Positions 9,817 to 18,756 of a DNA stretch of 64,000 nucleotides are shown piece after piece (position 1 is the first letter of the stretch; each line of letters opens with the position of its first letter). A program made the position numbers and the translations under genes. The notes under the pieces are model-generated. The model searched no databases. It had not been told where the DNA came from and worked only from the letters and a program-made list of their open reading frames with translations. The DNA is from a virus (lineage: Duplodnaviria > Caudoviricetes). The stretch covers positions 96,001 through 160,000 of IMG/VR virus record IMGVR_UViG_3300042888_002988; one strand, given 5' to 3'.

Positions 9817-11418
9817 ATGACACATGATTCTGCTGTTCGGACTGTGGTTAGTCTCGTGCCCGAGATTGAAAAGCGTGGCGCGGCTGCTGTCCTGACCGAG
9901 TATGCTACTCGCGAAGACCTTCCGGCTGCGCAGCTTGAGAAGCTGGCCCAGGTTTATAACACCCTGCGCACGGTCAGTCATATCGATCACGCCCAACCTG
10001 ATGAGCGCGGCGCCACCGTGCCGCTGCTGGACGTGCCTACGCTCGTCGTCGGCTACGCCACGGGGCTCGACCAGGAGAAGGTCGCCGCCGGCCCGCATTC
10101 GTTTTCCTCGCACGACCCGCGCACCGTGGATCTCAACCTCGCCCTGAAGCGTGACATGGGACTGCGGAAGGCTGCCGCCCAGGCCACCGGGACGCCCGAC
10201 ACGGTCAATCAGCTGCTCAAACAGGCGGTGAGCCACGAGCAAGCAGCTGCCGCGCTACTGGAGGTCGAGCTCGACCTCCAGGACGAAATGTCCAAGCTCG
10301 CCGGTGAGCTGTTCTCGGCCGCGCCTCGCGTCGGTGCTGAACACTTCCGCCGCGACATCTCCGAGTTCGAAGAGGAAGCGCTGCAGTATCAGCCCGCCAG
10401 CATCGTGAAAGCGGCCGGCGACTTCATGGAAAAATTTGCCGCACCTCACCGCACGAAGCTCGTGCGCTTCGACTACAATCAGCCGGTGCAGGCGTATGCC
10501 TACGACATCGGCCACCAGAACGGCCAGAAGATGGCTGACCTGGCCAAGGCAGCCAGCACGCTGGAGATTATCAAGATGGCTGCGAAGACCATCGAAGAAG
10601 TCCGCGGCGCTGGCGCTTCGCCAGATGATCGGGCACACGTGGAACCATCAGCCACGCCTACCGCGGTGAATGGCACGACCGCCACGCTGTCACCCGATAT
10701 CATGGCCGCAATGTTCGGCGGCGCACAACCCGCTGCTCCCCCGGACATCGTGAAGAAGGACAACGACGAGGACGCTCCCACTGAGGACGAGCAACTCGGC
10801 AAAGCCGAGGGTGTGGTATCCGGGACACCCGAGAAGCCCCAGCCCGGCGGGAAGGCTCCTACCAACGACCTTCCCCTTGACAGGGAAACTACCAAGGACA
10901 CTAAAACCAGCGGTGGTGACGAAGGTAAGAAATCCGATGCCGCATCCATCACCCGCGATGAGATCCTCGCCATGTTTGCCGCTCCTCTGACTGCCGGTCG
11001 CGACGCCATCCAGGGCGCGGCTCGCAAGGCTGATGAAACCCTCGGCGCTATCGTCGGTAAGGAGCGCACGAACAAAGCGCAGATGTCTTCCGACCTGTCC
11101 GTCGAGGACATTCGCCGCGCGATGAACGTGCGCCGTCTGATCGGCACGGATCCCGTGCTGCGCGAGGCCGATCCCAAGGAAGTGCTTGAGGTCTACAATT
11201 CCGTCGTGGCCCGCAACCCGCAGCTCGCCGGTGACATGGCGGCCCTGCGGCTCGTCCTGCGGGAGGCTGTCAGCTACGAGGGCCTCACTCTGGATTCCCA
11301 GAAGCTCCTCACCGAGATTCGCCGCAATTCTGAGGAGGCCGACAAGACCTTCAGCGAAAACGAACGCCGCCGCTATGCAGTGGGCGGAACCACTCCTCTA
11401 CCGATCGCCAAAGTATGA
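9817..11418 (+). CDS. Head-associated helical protein with many K-x-A motifs
   Basis: EKLAQ, EKVAA, RKAAA, LKQAV, VKAAG, EKFAA, AKAAS, IKMAA; acidic linker. The ATG at 9817 is preferred over the GTG at 9781 because of the promoter position. Confidence 0.6.
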   Translation: MTHDSAVRTVVSLVPEIEKRGAAAVLTEYATREDLPAAQLEKLAQVYNTLRTVSHIDHAQPDERGATVPLLDVPTLVVGYATGLDQEKVAAGPHSFSSHDPRTVDLNLALKRDMGLRKAAAQATGTPDTVNQLLKQAVSHEQAAAALLEVELDLQDEMSKLAGELFSAAPRVGAEHFRRDISEFEEEALQYQPASIVKAAGDFMEKFAAPHRTKLVRFDYNQPVQAYAYDIGHQNGQKMADLAKAASTLEIIKMAAKTIEEVRGAGASPDDRAHVEPSATPTAVNGTTATLSPDIMAAMFGGAQPAAPPDIVKKDNDEDAPTEDEQLGKAEGVVSGTPEKPQPGGKAPTNDLPLDRETTKDTKTSGGDEGKKSDAASITRDEILAMFAAPLTAGRDAIQGAARKADETLGAIVGKERTNKAQMSSDLSVEDIRRAMNVRRLIGTDPVLREADPKEVLEVYNSVVARNPQLAGDMAALRLVLREAVSYEGLTLDSQKLLTEIRRNSEEADKTFSENERRRYAVGGTTPLPIAKV

Positions 11419-12251
11419 TCTCCCACCAAAAATCCGCGGCGCTCAAAGAGCAGGCCACCAACTACCTTCAGTCGGACGACTTCAAAAGCATCGTGCCCTA
11501 CCTGATGTCGGGCGGCGTCGGAGCTTTGGCCGGCGGTGCCATGACCGGCCGCCGTCGCAAGGATAGCGGCGAAGGTCGTCTTGGCTACCTGGCGCGCATA
11601 CTTCGCAACGCTCTCATCACCGGTGGACTCGCTGGCGGCGCGCACGCGCTCCTCGACAAGGGGGTGGAGAAAACAGTCGGAAACCTATCGGACAGCTCGA
11701 AGGCCCTCACCGGCACACCCGGAGATGAAGGACCGATGGCCACCGCCACGAAGAACATTGCGTTCTCTCCTCTCACAGCCGCTGGTGCTGGCGCTGGAGC
11801 ACTGGCGCTGACCCACAACAACTCTACCATTGGGGCCGGGGACACCAGCGACGCCATGAAGCGTTTCAGTAAGGATCTCCCAGGTAAGCATGACAGCGCG
11901 TGGATGCGCACCTCGACGCCAGGCGAAATCGCGTCGACCCTGGAAGGTATCGCCGACCCGAAAAAGGTTGAGACCCTCGAACGCTTGCGTCGGGCTGCTG
12001 GAGTGCCGTCCTCGCACATCACTCCAGGTGGGAATGGTATAGGCAACCTGCTTGAGAAAATTCCTGGCATCGACGCCGCCAACGTAAAGGGCGCACTATC
12101 CTCGGCTGCGCGCCGCGGACCTTTGAGCACCTTTGGTCAATCGTGGCCTCGCCGCGCCGGTCGTGGCGCGCTTGCGCTTACAGCCGCGAGCCTCCCGGCG
12201 CTGATCGGCGCTCTCGTTACCAGTGATTCATCACCATCTTCTGCTTCCTGA
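11415..12251 (+). CDS. Putative internal head protein with glycine-zipper/TM segments
   Basis: Starts MISHQKSAAL; contains SGGVGALAGGAMTG, TGGLAGGAHALL and a hydrophobic C-terminus ALALTAASLPALIGALVT. Confidence 0.6.
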   Translation: MISHQKSAALKEQATNYLQSDDFKSIVPYLMSGGVGALAGGAMTGRRRKDSGEGRLGYLARILRNALITGGLAGGAHALLDKGVEKTVGNLSDSSKALTGTPGDEGPMATATKNIAFSPLTAAGAGAGALALTHNNSTIGAGDTSDAMKRFSKDLPGKHDSAWMRTSTPGEIASTLEGIADPKKVETLERLRRAAGVPSSHITPGGNGIGNLLEKIPGIDAANVKGALSSAARRGPLSTFGQSWPRRAGRGALALTAASLPALIGALVTSDSSPSSAS

Positions 12252-12254
12252 CCT

Positions 12255-13697
12255 ATGGAAAAATCATTTGCCACTGACGACCACGACCAGCTGCTGGCAG
12301 CAGCAGACGGTCACGCGTTCACATTCTTCGAACGCCCCTATGGGCGTGGCTCATTCACCAAGTCTGCGTCGGATGTCATCTCGAAGTTGGACCTGCAGAA
12401 CCACATGCCGCCCGACACCCACTTCGGCGTGCATCTCATTTCCATGGGGTCCGAGGAAGACTACGGTGCCAATCGCAACGGTGACTCTGCCTCGCGCCGT
12501 TCGCTGCAAGAATACCACCCCACCTTCGAGAAGTTTGGGAACGTGTTCCGTGAGCACAACAACAAAGATCCCCGCAAGCGCTGTGGCGACGTCAAGCTGG
12601 CTCGCTACAACCCGCGCATGCACCGAGGAGAGCTCATCGTATGGGTCGACAAGGACAAGGCGCCCGACATGTATAAAAAGGCCAAGGCCGGCGAAGAGCT
12701 GTCGTGGTCCATGTCAATGCGCCTGCCGCATGACGAATGCTCGTGCTGCCGCAAGAAGAGCAAGCGCACCACCGAGTATTGCAGCCACCTTCGCAACAAC
12801 ATGCTGCAGTTCGTGCCTGGGTTTGAAAAGTATGCCTATGCCAGGAACGAAGAAGGTGTGAAGTTTTTCGACATCAGCGAGGTGAAGCGCCGCGCGGATC
12901 GGATCGCCACATACCTGGGTTACACTTTCAGTCCGGGCGACATGGCCAAGGCCGCGTCCTCCAGCACCATCATCACCGGCGCGCAGTGGGCCGAGCATCA
13001 GTTCGGCGTATCGCGTGCTGTGCCATTCGACGCGTGGGAAGATCTCACGCTCGACAAGCTGGCCGCCGCCGAGGAGTTTGTTCGGAACGCCGATGCCAAT
13101 ACGCTCACCACGCTCTATAAGATGGCCCCGCGCGATCTTACCCGCGAGCAGATCGAAACGCTGGCCGGCCCCGACTTCCGCAACGTCGGCGGTGAGCTTG
13201 CCAAGAAGGCGATGATTATCAACTTCATGACGTTCGCGTCGATGGTCACTAACCGCTCGATCGAGGAGCTGCAGAAGGACGCCGCGCTATGCGATGCGAT
13301 GGATGAGAAAATGCCATCGCTACTCTCTGATATGGCTCGCGACGGCGGCTCCGCATGCGGCGAGGAAGTCGCTGATTCGGTGTCACCCGATGAAGTCGGC
13401 TGCTCGTTCTCGCCAGGCAAGGACAACATCGATCGCCTCATGCAAGAGGTCGGTGACGAATGCGGTATGAAACCTGAGGATGCATCCAACCGTGCGCTAA
13501 GCGTGACCATCATGAAGACCGCCGGCCTGCGCCGCTCGGGTAAACTAACCGAGGTCGACGCCTACTACAGCGGTCTGATCGCCGCATACGGACACTACGT
13601 CGTCAAGGCTGCTCACCAGATCAAGGATTTACCCGGTATCTCCGCCAACACATTGTTCCGCGGCCTGGCCGCCAGTCTTTCAGTATCCCTACGATAA
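12255..13697 (+). CDS. Prohead (capsid maturation) protease, HK97/assemblin-like fold, with C-terminal extension
   Basis: Candidate catalytic His in VFREHNNKD and Ser in ELSWSMSM, followed by a Cys cluster (DECSCC...YCSHL); located upstream of scaffold and capsid genes. Confidence 0.8.
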   Translation: MEKSFATDDHDQLLAAADGHAFTFFERPYGRGSFTKSASDVISKLDLQNHMPPDTHFGVHLISMGSEEDYGANRNGDSASRRSLQEYHPTFEKFGNVFREHNNKDPRKRCGDVKLARYNPRMHRGELIVWVDKDKAPDMYKKAKAGEELSWSMSMRLPHDECSCCRKKSKRTTEYCSHLRNNMLQFVPGFEKYAYARNEEGVKFFDISEVKRRADRIATYLGYTFSPGDMAKAASSSTIITGAQWAEHQFGVSRAVPFDAWEDLTLDKLAAAEEFVRNADANTLTTLYKMAPRDLTREQIETLAGPDFRNVGGELAKKAMIINFMTFASMVTNRSIEELQKDAALCDAMDEKMPSLLSDMARDGGSACGEEVADSVSPDEVGCSFSPGKDNIDRLMQEVGDECGMKPEDASNRALSVTIMKTAGLRRSGKLTEVDAYYSGLIAAYGHYVVKAAHQIKDLPGISANTLFRGLAASLSVSLR

Positions 13698-13701
13698 AAT
13701 G

Positions 13702-13730
13702 TTGCCATCGGTTCGATTTCGGTGCATAAT
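13702..13730 (+). promoter_or_regulatory. sigma70-like promoter TTGCCA-17-CATAAT of the scaffold/capsid operon
   Basis: Near-consensus boxes in the intergenic gap before 13787. Confidence 0.7.
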
Positions 13731-13786
13731 TCGATCGGACCTGGCGAACGCCTCAAAACAAGTCTCACATCAACCACACCAATACC

Positions 13787-14926
13787 ATGGCCGAACAACA
13801 ACACAAAGTGGCTGCGGCGATTCGCCAATACGCGGAAAAGCTCGCATCCGAAAAAGCAGCCGCCGGCGAAGGCGCACCAGACCGCTTGACTGTCGCTGAT
13901 GGTCAGGGTGGTATCACAACCTCCAAGGGAACCGTTCCAAAAGATGTCGGCCAGTCCGAGCTTGAAGTTCGCCAGCCCAAGGATGGGACCGCAGTCCAAA
14001 CCTCCAGCGCGAACGCCAGCGGCGGTGAGCGTATGACGGTGGCCGACGGTCAAGGCGGCATCACTGCCTCCAAGGGGAGCGTCCCCGCCGATCCGGGACA
14101 AGCGGAACTCGAAGTCAATCAACCCACCGACGGTTCCGTCGTGAAGGGTGCAACCATTTCCAAGCGGGCTGCCAGCATTCGCGCTGCGCTGATCAACGCC
14201 AACCCTGCGCTGGCCGAGAAGTTCGCGCCCGCCTCTCAGTCGTCCGCCGCTCCCGCAGTGAAGACGGCTGGTAACAACCAGGCTGCGGCTTCCGCTCCCA
14301 ACATTCAACTGAGCAGTGATACGCTGTGCAAGATTGCTCGAGCCATTCTCTCCTCCGACGAAGGTGTGCGTTTCGCGCACGACATGCTGGAGAAGCAAGC
14401 CGGCGAAGAAGCTGCACGCAATCAGATCATGGAGGCCATTCAGGCTTCACAGGTCTACGACGAGAGCGAGCATGTCAAACAAGCCGCTTTCAACGATCTC
14501 GGCAACAAGGCCGTGACCATTCACAACTCGCTCCTGCAAGCTGGCGTGACCGAAGACGATGCGGACTCGATCCTCAAGCAGGCTTCCGTCATCCAGGAGA
14601 AGCTCGCCGGCTACGAGCACCCGCTGCTCAAGGCTGCGTTCGCTCAAGGCATGGACGATGCCTCCCTCATGGCTGCCGCTGACGAAGCTGGCGGCGAAGA
14701 AGGTGCTCCTCCGATGGACGAAGCTCTCCCGATGGGCGGTGAGCAACTCGGCGAAGAAGAGATCATGGCGCTGCTTGAAGAGATGCTCGCCTCCGGTCAA
14801 ATCACCGAGGAAGACATCAAGACCGCAATCGGAGCCGCTGGCGGAGCCGGAGCCGAAGGAGGCATGCCTCCTGAAGGTGGCGGCGCGCCGCCCGAAGAAG
14901 CAGCCATGGCAGCCGCCGGAGCCTGA
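13787..14926 (+). CDS. Capsid scaffold-like protein
   Basis: Located between protease and capsid genes; helical, with a very acidic C-terminus, many K-x-A motifs and an internal 49-aa-spaced duplication. Confidence 0.6.
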   Translation: MAEQQHKVAAAIRQYAEKLASEKAAAGEGAPDRLTVADGQGGITTSKGTVPKDVGQSELEVRQPKDGTAVQTSSANASGGERMTVADGQGGITASKGSVPADPGQAELEVNQPTDGSVVKGATISKRAASIRAALINANPALAEKFAPASQSSAAPAVKTAGNNQAAASAPNIQLSSDTLCKIARAILSSDEGVRFAHDMLEKQAGEEAARNQIMEAIQASQVYDESEHVKQAAFNDLGNKAVTIHNSLLQAGVTEDDADSILKQASVIQEKLAGYEHPLLKAAFAQGMDDASLMAAADEAGGEEGAPPMDEALPMGGEQLGEEEIMALLEEMLASGQITEEDIKTAIGAAGGAGAEGGMPPEGGGAPPEEAAMAAAGA

Positions 14927-14958
14927 TCCACCCCACCCTATTTTTTACCACACAACGC

Positions 14959-15372
14959 ATGAACAAAGCAGCCTTCAGCGCAATGCTCGGTGTGATCGAT
15001 GATGCCATCGATCTCGCGGACTCCGCTGTCAAGTCCGCGGAGTTGGCGCAAAGCCGAGACGCCGAGCCAGTCACACTGGTGAAGGTCGCCGCGGAGCGCT
15101 ACCAGTCCGCTGCTGCTGAGCTCATGAAAACTGGCGCATTCCGAGACTACTCCCGGGATAGCCTCGCAAAATCTCTCGAGTCGGCCGGCCCTGCTGGTCT
15201 GCTCGGGTTTCTGGAGAAGCTGGCCTCCAGGGCTGTGTTTCCGCTCGATGTCGATTTCGGCAGCGATGGGGACCTAGTCGATAAGTCAGCCACCAACCGG
15301 ATGGATGCCCGTCCCGCTGAAAACAAGACCGACCTTTGGGAACGGTGTTGCCAAGAAGCGGGACTAAGCTGA
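14959..15372 (+). CDS. Small head-assembly protein
   Basis: 137-aa ORF in the head operon; MNKAAF, VKSAE, VKVAA, EKLAS. Confidence 0.55.
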   Translation: MNKAAFSAMLGVIDDAIDLADSAVKSAELAQSRDAEPVTLVKVAAERYQSAAAELMKTGAFRDYSRDSLAKSLESAGPAGLLGFLEKLASRAVFPLDVDFGSDGDLVDKSATNRMDARPAENKTDLWERCCQEAGLS

Positions 15373-15414
15373 AATGCCGGATCCGAACATACACACACCT
15401 GAAATAACAACAAT

Positions 15415-15996
15415 ATGCAATACGCACTGAATCGTCGAATCGCTCGCGCTCGCGTTCCAATGCAGGTCCTCCGTGGATTCAACCCCACCGAGCCCGGCAA
15501 GTTGTCGTTACTCGCTGCACCTATCGACGGTCAAGCGATCCAGTCAGGGATGGTGATTGTAAGAGGCACTGGCACTGTAAACGGAAAGGCATCCCAACAG
15601 GGATGGCTGAAGGCACAGGCCGCAGACTCCATTGGCGCTACTGGCGCTAACGAGGTCATCTCTTACTTCCTCGCCCTCCATGACCAGGATTCGCACGACG
15701 TCCAGGCAAGCGGCGGACTCGTTGGGCTTGATTGCTCCGACGATTACGAAGTCCAAACTGGCTACTTTGTCAAGTCTGGGTCATACGTCTTCAACTCCCC
15801 GCTTACCTGCGGAGCTGATGGCCAAGTGACTCTCGCGACGGTAACGAACGCCAACATCCTCGGATATGTGACTCGTGTCGGAAGCGGCGCTAACGGTCAG
15901 ATCCCGTATGTTGGGAAAACGCCGCCAACAGCTAACGCTGCTGACGCTGAAGTTCTCCAGTTCAAAACCTCCCGTAGCGGTCAGCGCAAGGCATAA
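15415..15996 (+). CDS. Capsid decoration/cement-like protein
   Basis: 193-aa beta-rich Gly-rich ORF immediately upstream of the major capsid gene, a typical position for this product. Confidence 0.55.
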   Translation: MQYALNRRIARARVPMQVLRGFNPTEPGKLSLLAAPIDGQAIQSGMVIVRGTGTVNGKASQQGWLKAQAADSIGATGANEVISYFLALHDQDSHDVQASGGLVGLDCSDDYEVQTGYFVKSGSYVFNSPLTCGADGQVTLATVTNANILGYVTRVGSGANGQIPYVGKTPPTANAADAEVLQFKTSRSGQRKA

Positions 15997-16033
15997 CCTG
16001 AGCTCCTAACCAATAACCAAGAAAGAACCAGTT

Positions 16034-17017
16034 ATGTCTGACCAAAACGCAAAAGACCTGCTCATCAAGAAGCAACTCATCGACGATATCCTCGATTCCG
16101 AGGACGGCGTCGTGAAGCGCGCTTCTGCCGCCACCTCGAAAGCTACTCGGACTCAAATCCGGGAAGAAGGCTTTCAGCGTGCGATCATGTCGTTCGATAT
16201 GATCACCAACGAGGAACTCGATTACTTCGGTGATTCTGAGCTCCCCGGTGTGTGGTTCGAACTCGAGCCTGACTCGCCGCCGGCCCGTATCATCCCCTAC
16301 AATGACACCCCGAACACCTTCGCGTATCGCGCGGAGAAATACGTGGTTCTCATTTCGGTGATTACGACCGAGGAAGCGACGAAGAACGTCAACCATCTCC
16401 GTACTTACAAGACGGACATCCGCCAGATCGTCAACGACAACATGTTGCGTGACATCCACACCGCAGAAGATACCGCGTTCCTCGCGGAGGTCGACCGCCT
16501 CGTGGGTTCACCAGTCGCCTACGGCACTGTTGAAGCTGCGATCGTCGCCGGGGGCACCGGCGCTCAGAACGTGACTATGGGTACTGCTACCTTTAGTCGC
16601 GCCAACCTGAAGCGTGCCGTTAGCTACCTCATCGAGCGTCAGCTGCCAGTCGGTGTGTTCCTCGTGAACCAACGGACTGCCAACGAGTTCCTCGGCTGGG
16701 ATCGTAACGAGATGGGTGGTGATCTGTCCCAAGAGGTGGCTCGCAAGGGCCTCAAAGCTCTTGAGACGTTCGAGATGTTCGGTATCCCGTTCATCAGCAC
16801 CATCAAGAACAACCTCGTCGCCAACGGTGTGATGTACCAATTCGCTCCGCGTGAGTTCCTCGGAAACGCGCTGATGCTTGAGGACATCACTGTGACGATC
16901 AAGAAGGAGTATGACATCATCCGTATGCGTGCCCAGGAGCAAGTCGGTCTCACGATCGGCAACCCCCTCGGTCTGCAGAAGCTGAACTACACCATGTCCA
17001 GCGTCACTGGCGCCTGA
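16034..17017 (+). CDS. Major capsid protein (HK97-like fold)
   Basis: 327 aa; highly optimised codons; capsid-like RIIPYNDTPN and TIKKEYDIIRMRAQEQVGLTIGNP C-terminus; followed by a strong terminator. Confidence 0.85.
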   Translation: MSDQNAKDLLIKKQLIDDILDSEDGVVKRASAATSKATRTQIREEGFQRAIMSFDMITNEELDYFGDSELPGVWFELEPDSPPARIIPYNDTPNTFAYRAEKYVVLISVITTEEATKNVNHLRTYKTDIRQIVNDNMLRDIHTAEDTAFLAEVDRLVGSPVAYGTVEAAIVAGGTGAQNVTMGTATFSRANLKRAVSYLIERQLPVGVFLVNQRTANEFLGWDRNEMGGDLSQEVARKGLKALETFEMFGIPFISTIKNNLVANGVMYQFAPREFLGNALMLEDITVTIKKEYDIIRMRAQEQVGLTIGNPLGLQKLNYTMSSVTGA

Positions 17018-17045
17018 TCCTTCTAGCCCTTAACAAGGCCTTCTG

Positions 17046-17075
17046 GCGCCGGTGGGAAACCACCGGCGCTTTTTT
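17046..17075 (+). terminator. Rho-independent terminator after the major capsid gene
   Basis: GCGCCGGTGG-GAAA-CCACCGGCGC followed by TTTTTT. Confidence 0.92.
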
Positions 17076-17229
17076 GTTGCCGATCCGCGGCGTCTCCGTA
17101 TCTTGCTGCGGGGTTCGCCGCAAGCGGTCCAGGAGGGCGAGGAACACCTTCCCAGTCCGGCCAGTGCAAGCTGGTGCTTATCCAATGCTCCACGAAAGGC
17201 GTCGACTTCACGGTCCGACGCCTTTCGCG

Positions 17230-17258
17230 TTGCCAGCCGCGGGTTTTCATTGTAGCAT
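17230..17258 (+). promoter_or_regulatory. sigma70-like promoter TTGCCA-17-TAGCAT
   Basis: ATG at 17266 lies 7 nt after the -10 box. Confidence 0.65.
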
Positions 17259-17265
17259 ACGAACC

Positions 17266-18327
17266 ATGAGCGAGCCGATGACTCAACAGTTTGTAACCGC
17301 ATTCCTAACCACCTGCTTCGACGCAGGCCTGAGCAAGGAAGCCGCCGCTGAACTCCTGCAGAAGGAGTCTGTCGACGTAGAGCTTCGTCGACGCCCAGCG
17401 TTCGCAGAAGGTTATCTGAAACAGGCATCAATGTTCCCGGGTCAGCTATGCCCCGCGCTGCGTGTCCGTTCCGCCCGCTCCGAGATGGAGAAGGCAGCTT
17501 TGCTGAAGGGGCTCGGCCGCGCTGGTAAGGCGCTGCTGTGGGATGCTCCTGCTGGTATCGCTCAGTCGCTCTTCGGAGCGGGAAAAGGCGTAGCTAAAGG
17601 CGTGGGGCGCACCTTTGGCCCACAGAAAGCCTCGCTCTTGGAGCGCTATCCGTTCACCGTCGGTATGGCGGGCATGGCCGGCGTCGGGGCCGGCACTTAC
17701 GGCCTGACGAAGTGGCTCAACCAGGACAACGGTCTGGGTGCCAATAGCAATGATCCATTCCTCCCACCAGGCGGCTACAGCAAGGCGCAATACGACGCCA
17801 TGTATGAGAACCGCCTCAAGGAACACGAGCCTGGTATCTTCTCCACCAACAAGGAATATGACTCTAGCGCTGGCCGTATCGCTGAGCTGCAGAAAGAGAT
17901 CGAGGAAGGTCGCGGCGGTAGTAACGCCTATCAGGAACTTCAACAACTGGAGCGCCGCCGTGGCAGCCTCGGCGGTGCCCGCTCGGACTACACCGAGCAA
18001 CTGGACATGAACCAGGATTCGAGCCGCGACCTCATGTCCCGGATCGCCAACCGCACTGCGGATCTTGAGAATCAGCGCACCGCTTGGTGGGCCGCGCCGA
18101 AGCGTTGGCTGATGCAGGCCCGCGGTGGCGATCTGTTCGACTCCAGCATCTCACAACGCCACTTCGACCGTCAGATCGGCGGTCTGCAGGACAACTCGGC
18201 GCGCGCCAGGATGCAAGAGCGTCTGGCTGCGGATCGGGCCAAGCTCGTACGCGGCGGTGCCACCGGGCGTTCCGCGCCTCAGCGCACCCAGGAACAGCTC
18301 ACCACGGATTTCTTCCCCGCCTACTAA
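17266..18327 (+). CDS. Putative internal head protein with TM-like segment and coiled coil
   Basis: LSKEAAA, LKQAS, MEKAA; hydrophobic FTVGMAGMAGVGAGTYGL; coiled-coil C-half. ATG 17266 chosen over the upstream start at 17074. Confidence 0.6.
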   Translation: MSEPMTQQFVTAFLTTCFDAGLSKEAAAELLQKESVDVELRRRPAFAEGYLKQASMFPGQLCPALRVRSARSEMEKAALLKGLGRAGKALLWDAPAGIAQSLFGAGKGVAKGVGRTFGPQKASLLERYPFTVGMAGMAGVGAGTYGLTKWLNQDNGLGANSNDPFLPPGGYSKAQYDAMYENRLKEHEPGIFSTNKEYDSSAGRIAELQKEIEEGRGGSNAYQELQQLERRRGSLGGARSDYTEQLDMNQDSSRDLMSRIANRTADLENQRTAWWAAPKRWLMQARGGDLFDSSISQRHFDRQIGGLQDNSARARMQERLAADRAKLVRGGATGRSAPQRTQEQLTTDFFPAY

Positions 18328-18333
18328 TCAGCC

Positions 18334-18756
18334 ATGTCCGACGTCATCACCATTGCTGATGTCCGCGAGGACATGCTTGATCGCCAAGCTGAAGACCATT
18401 TGGTCCTGACCGACCTAGCGTTCACTGACCCGGACATCGAGTGGGCCATGAAGGCATGCATGCGCAAATTCAACGGGATCAGACCGATCGGTATCAACAT
18501 CTCGTGGGATGCGATGCCGAGCAACACGTCGGTGTTCTTCGACGGCGTCGCTTGGGCGCTGTGCCGCCGCTGGCACCGCAACGTCAGCATGAACGACTAC
18601 GACTACTCGGCCGGCGGTGTGACAGCCAACGTGCAGGGATCACTGCTGAAGAACCTGGAGCGCCTGCGCGACAAGTTGGAGCAGGAGTTCGTCGAGGCCG
18701 CCACCAATTTGAAGGTATCTGCTAACCTTGATGATGCATGGGGGGTAATAGGATGA
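18334..18756 (+). CDS. Head-tail adaptor (neck) protein
   Basis: 140-aa helical protein downstream of the capsid gene; the YDYSAGGVTANV hairpin plus C-terminal helix pattern is typical of adaptors. Confidence 0.6.
   Translation: MSDVITIADVREDMLDRQAEDHLVLTDLAFTDPDIEWAMKACMRKFNGIRPIGINISWDAMPSNTSVFFDGVAWALCRRWHRNVSMNDYDYSAGGVTANVQGSLLKNLERLRDKLEQEFVEAATNLKVSANLDDAWGVIG

Noticed and set aside
17023-17286. Minus-strand 87-aa ORF in the post-capsid gap
   Set aside because: It overlaps the terminator and promoter, has no motif or coding bias and no supporting start context.
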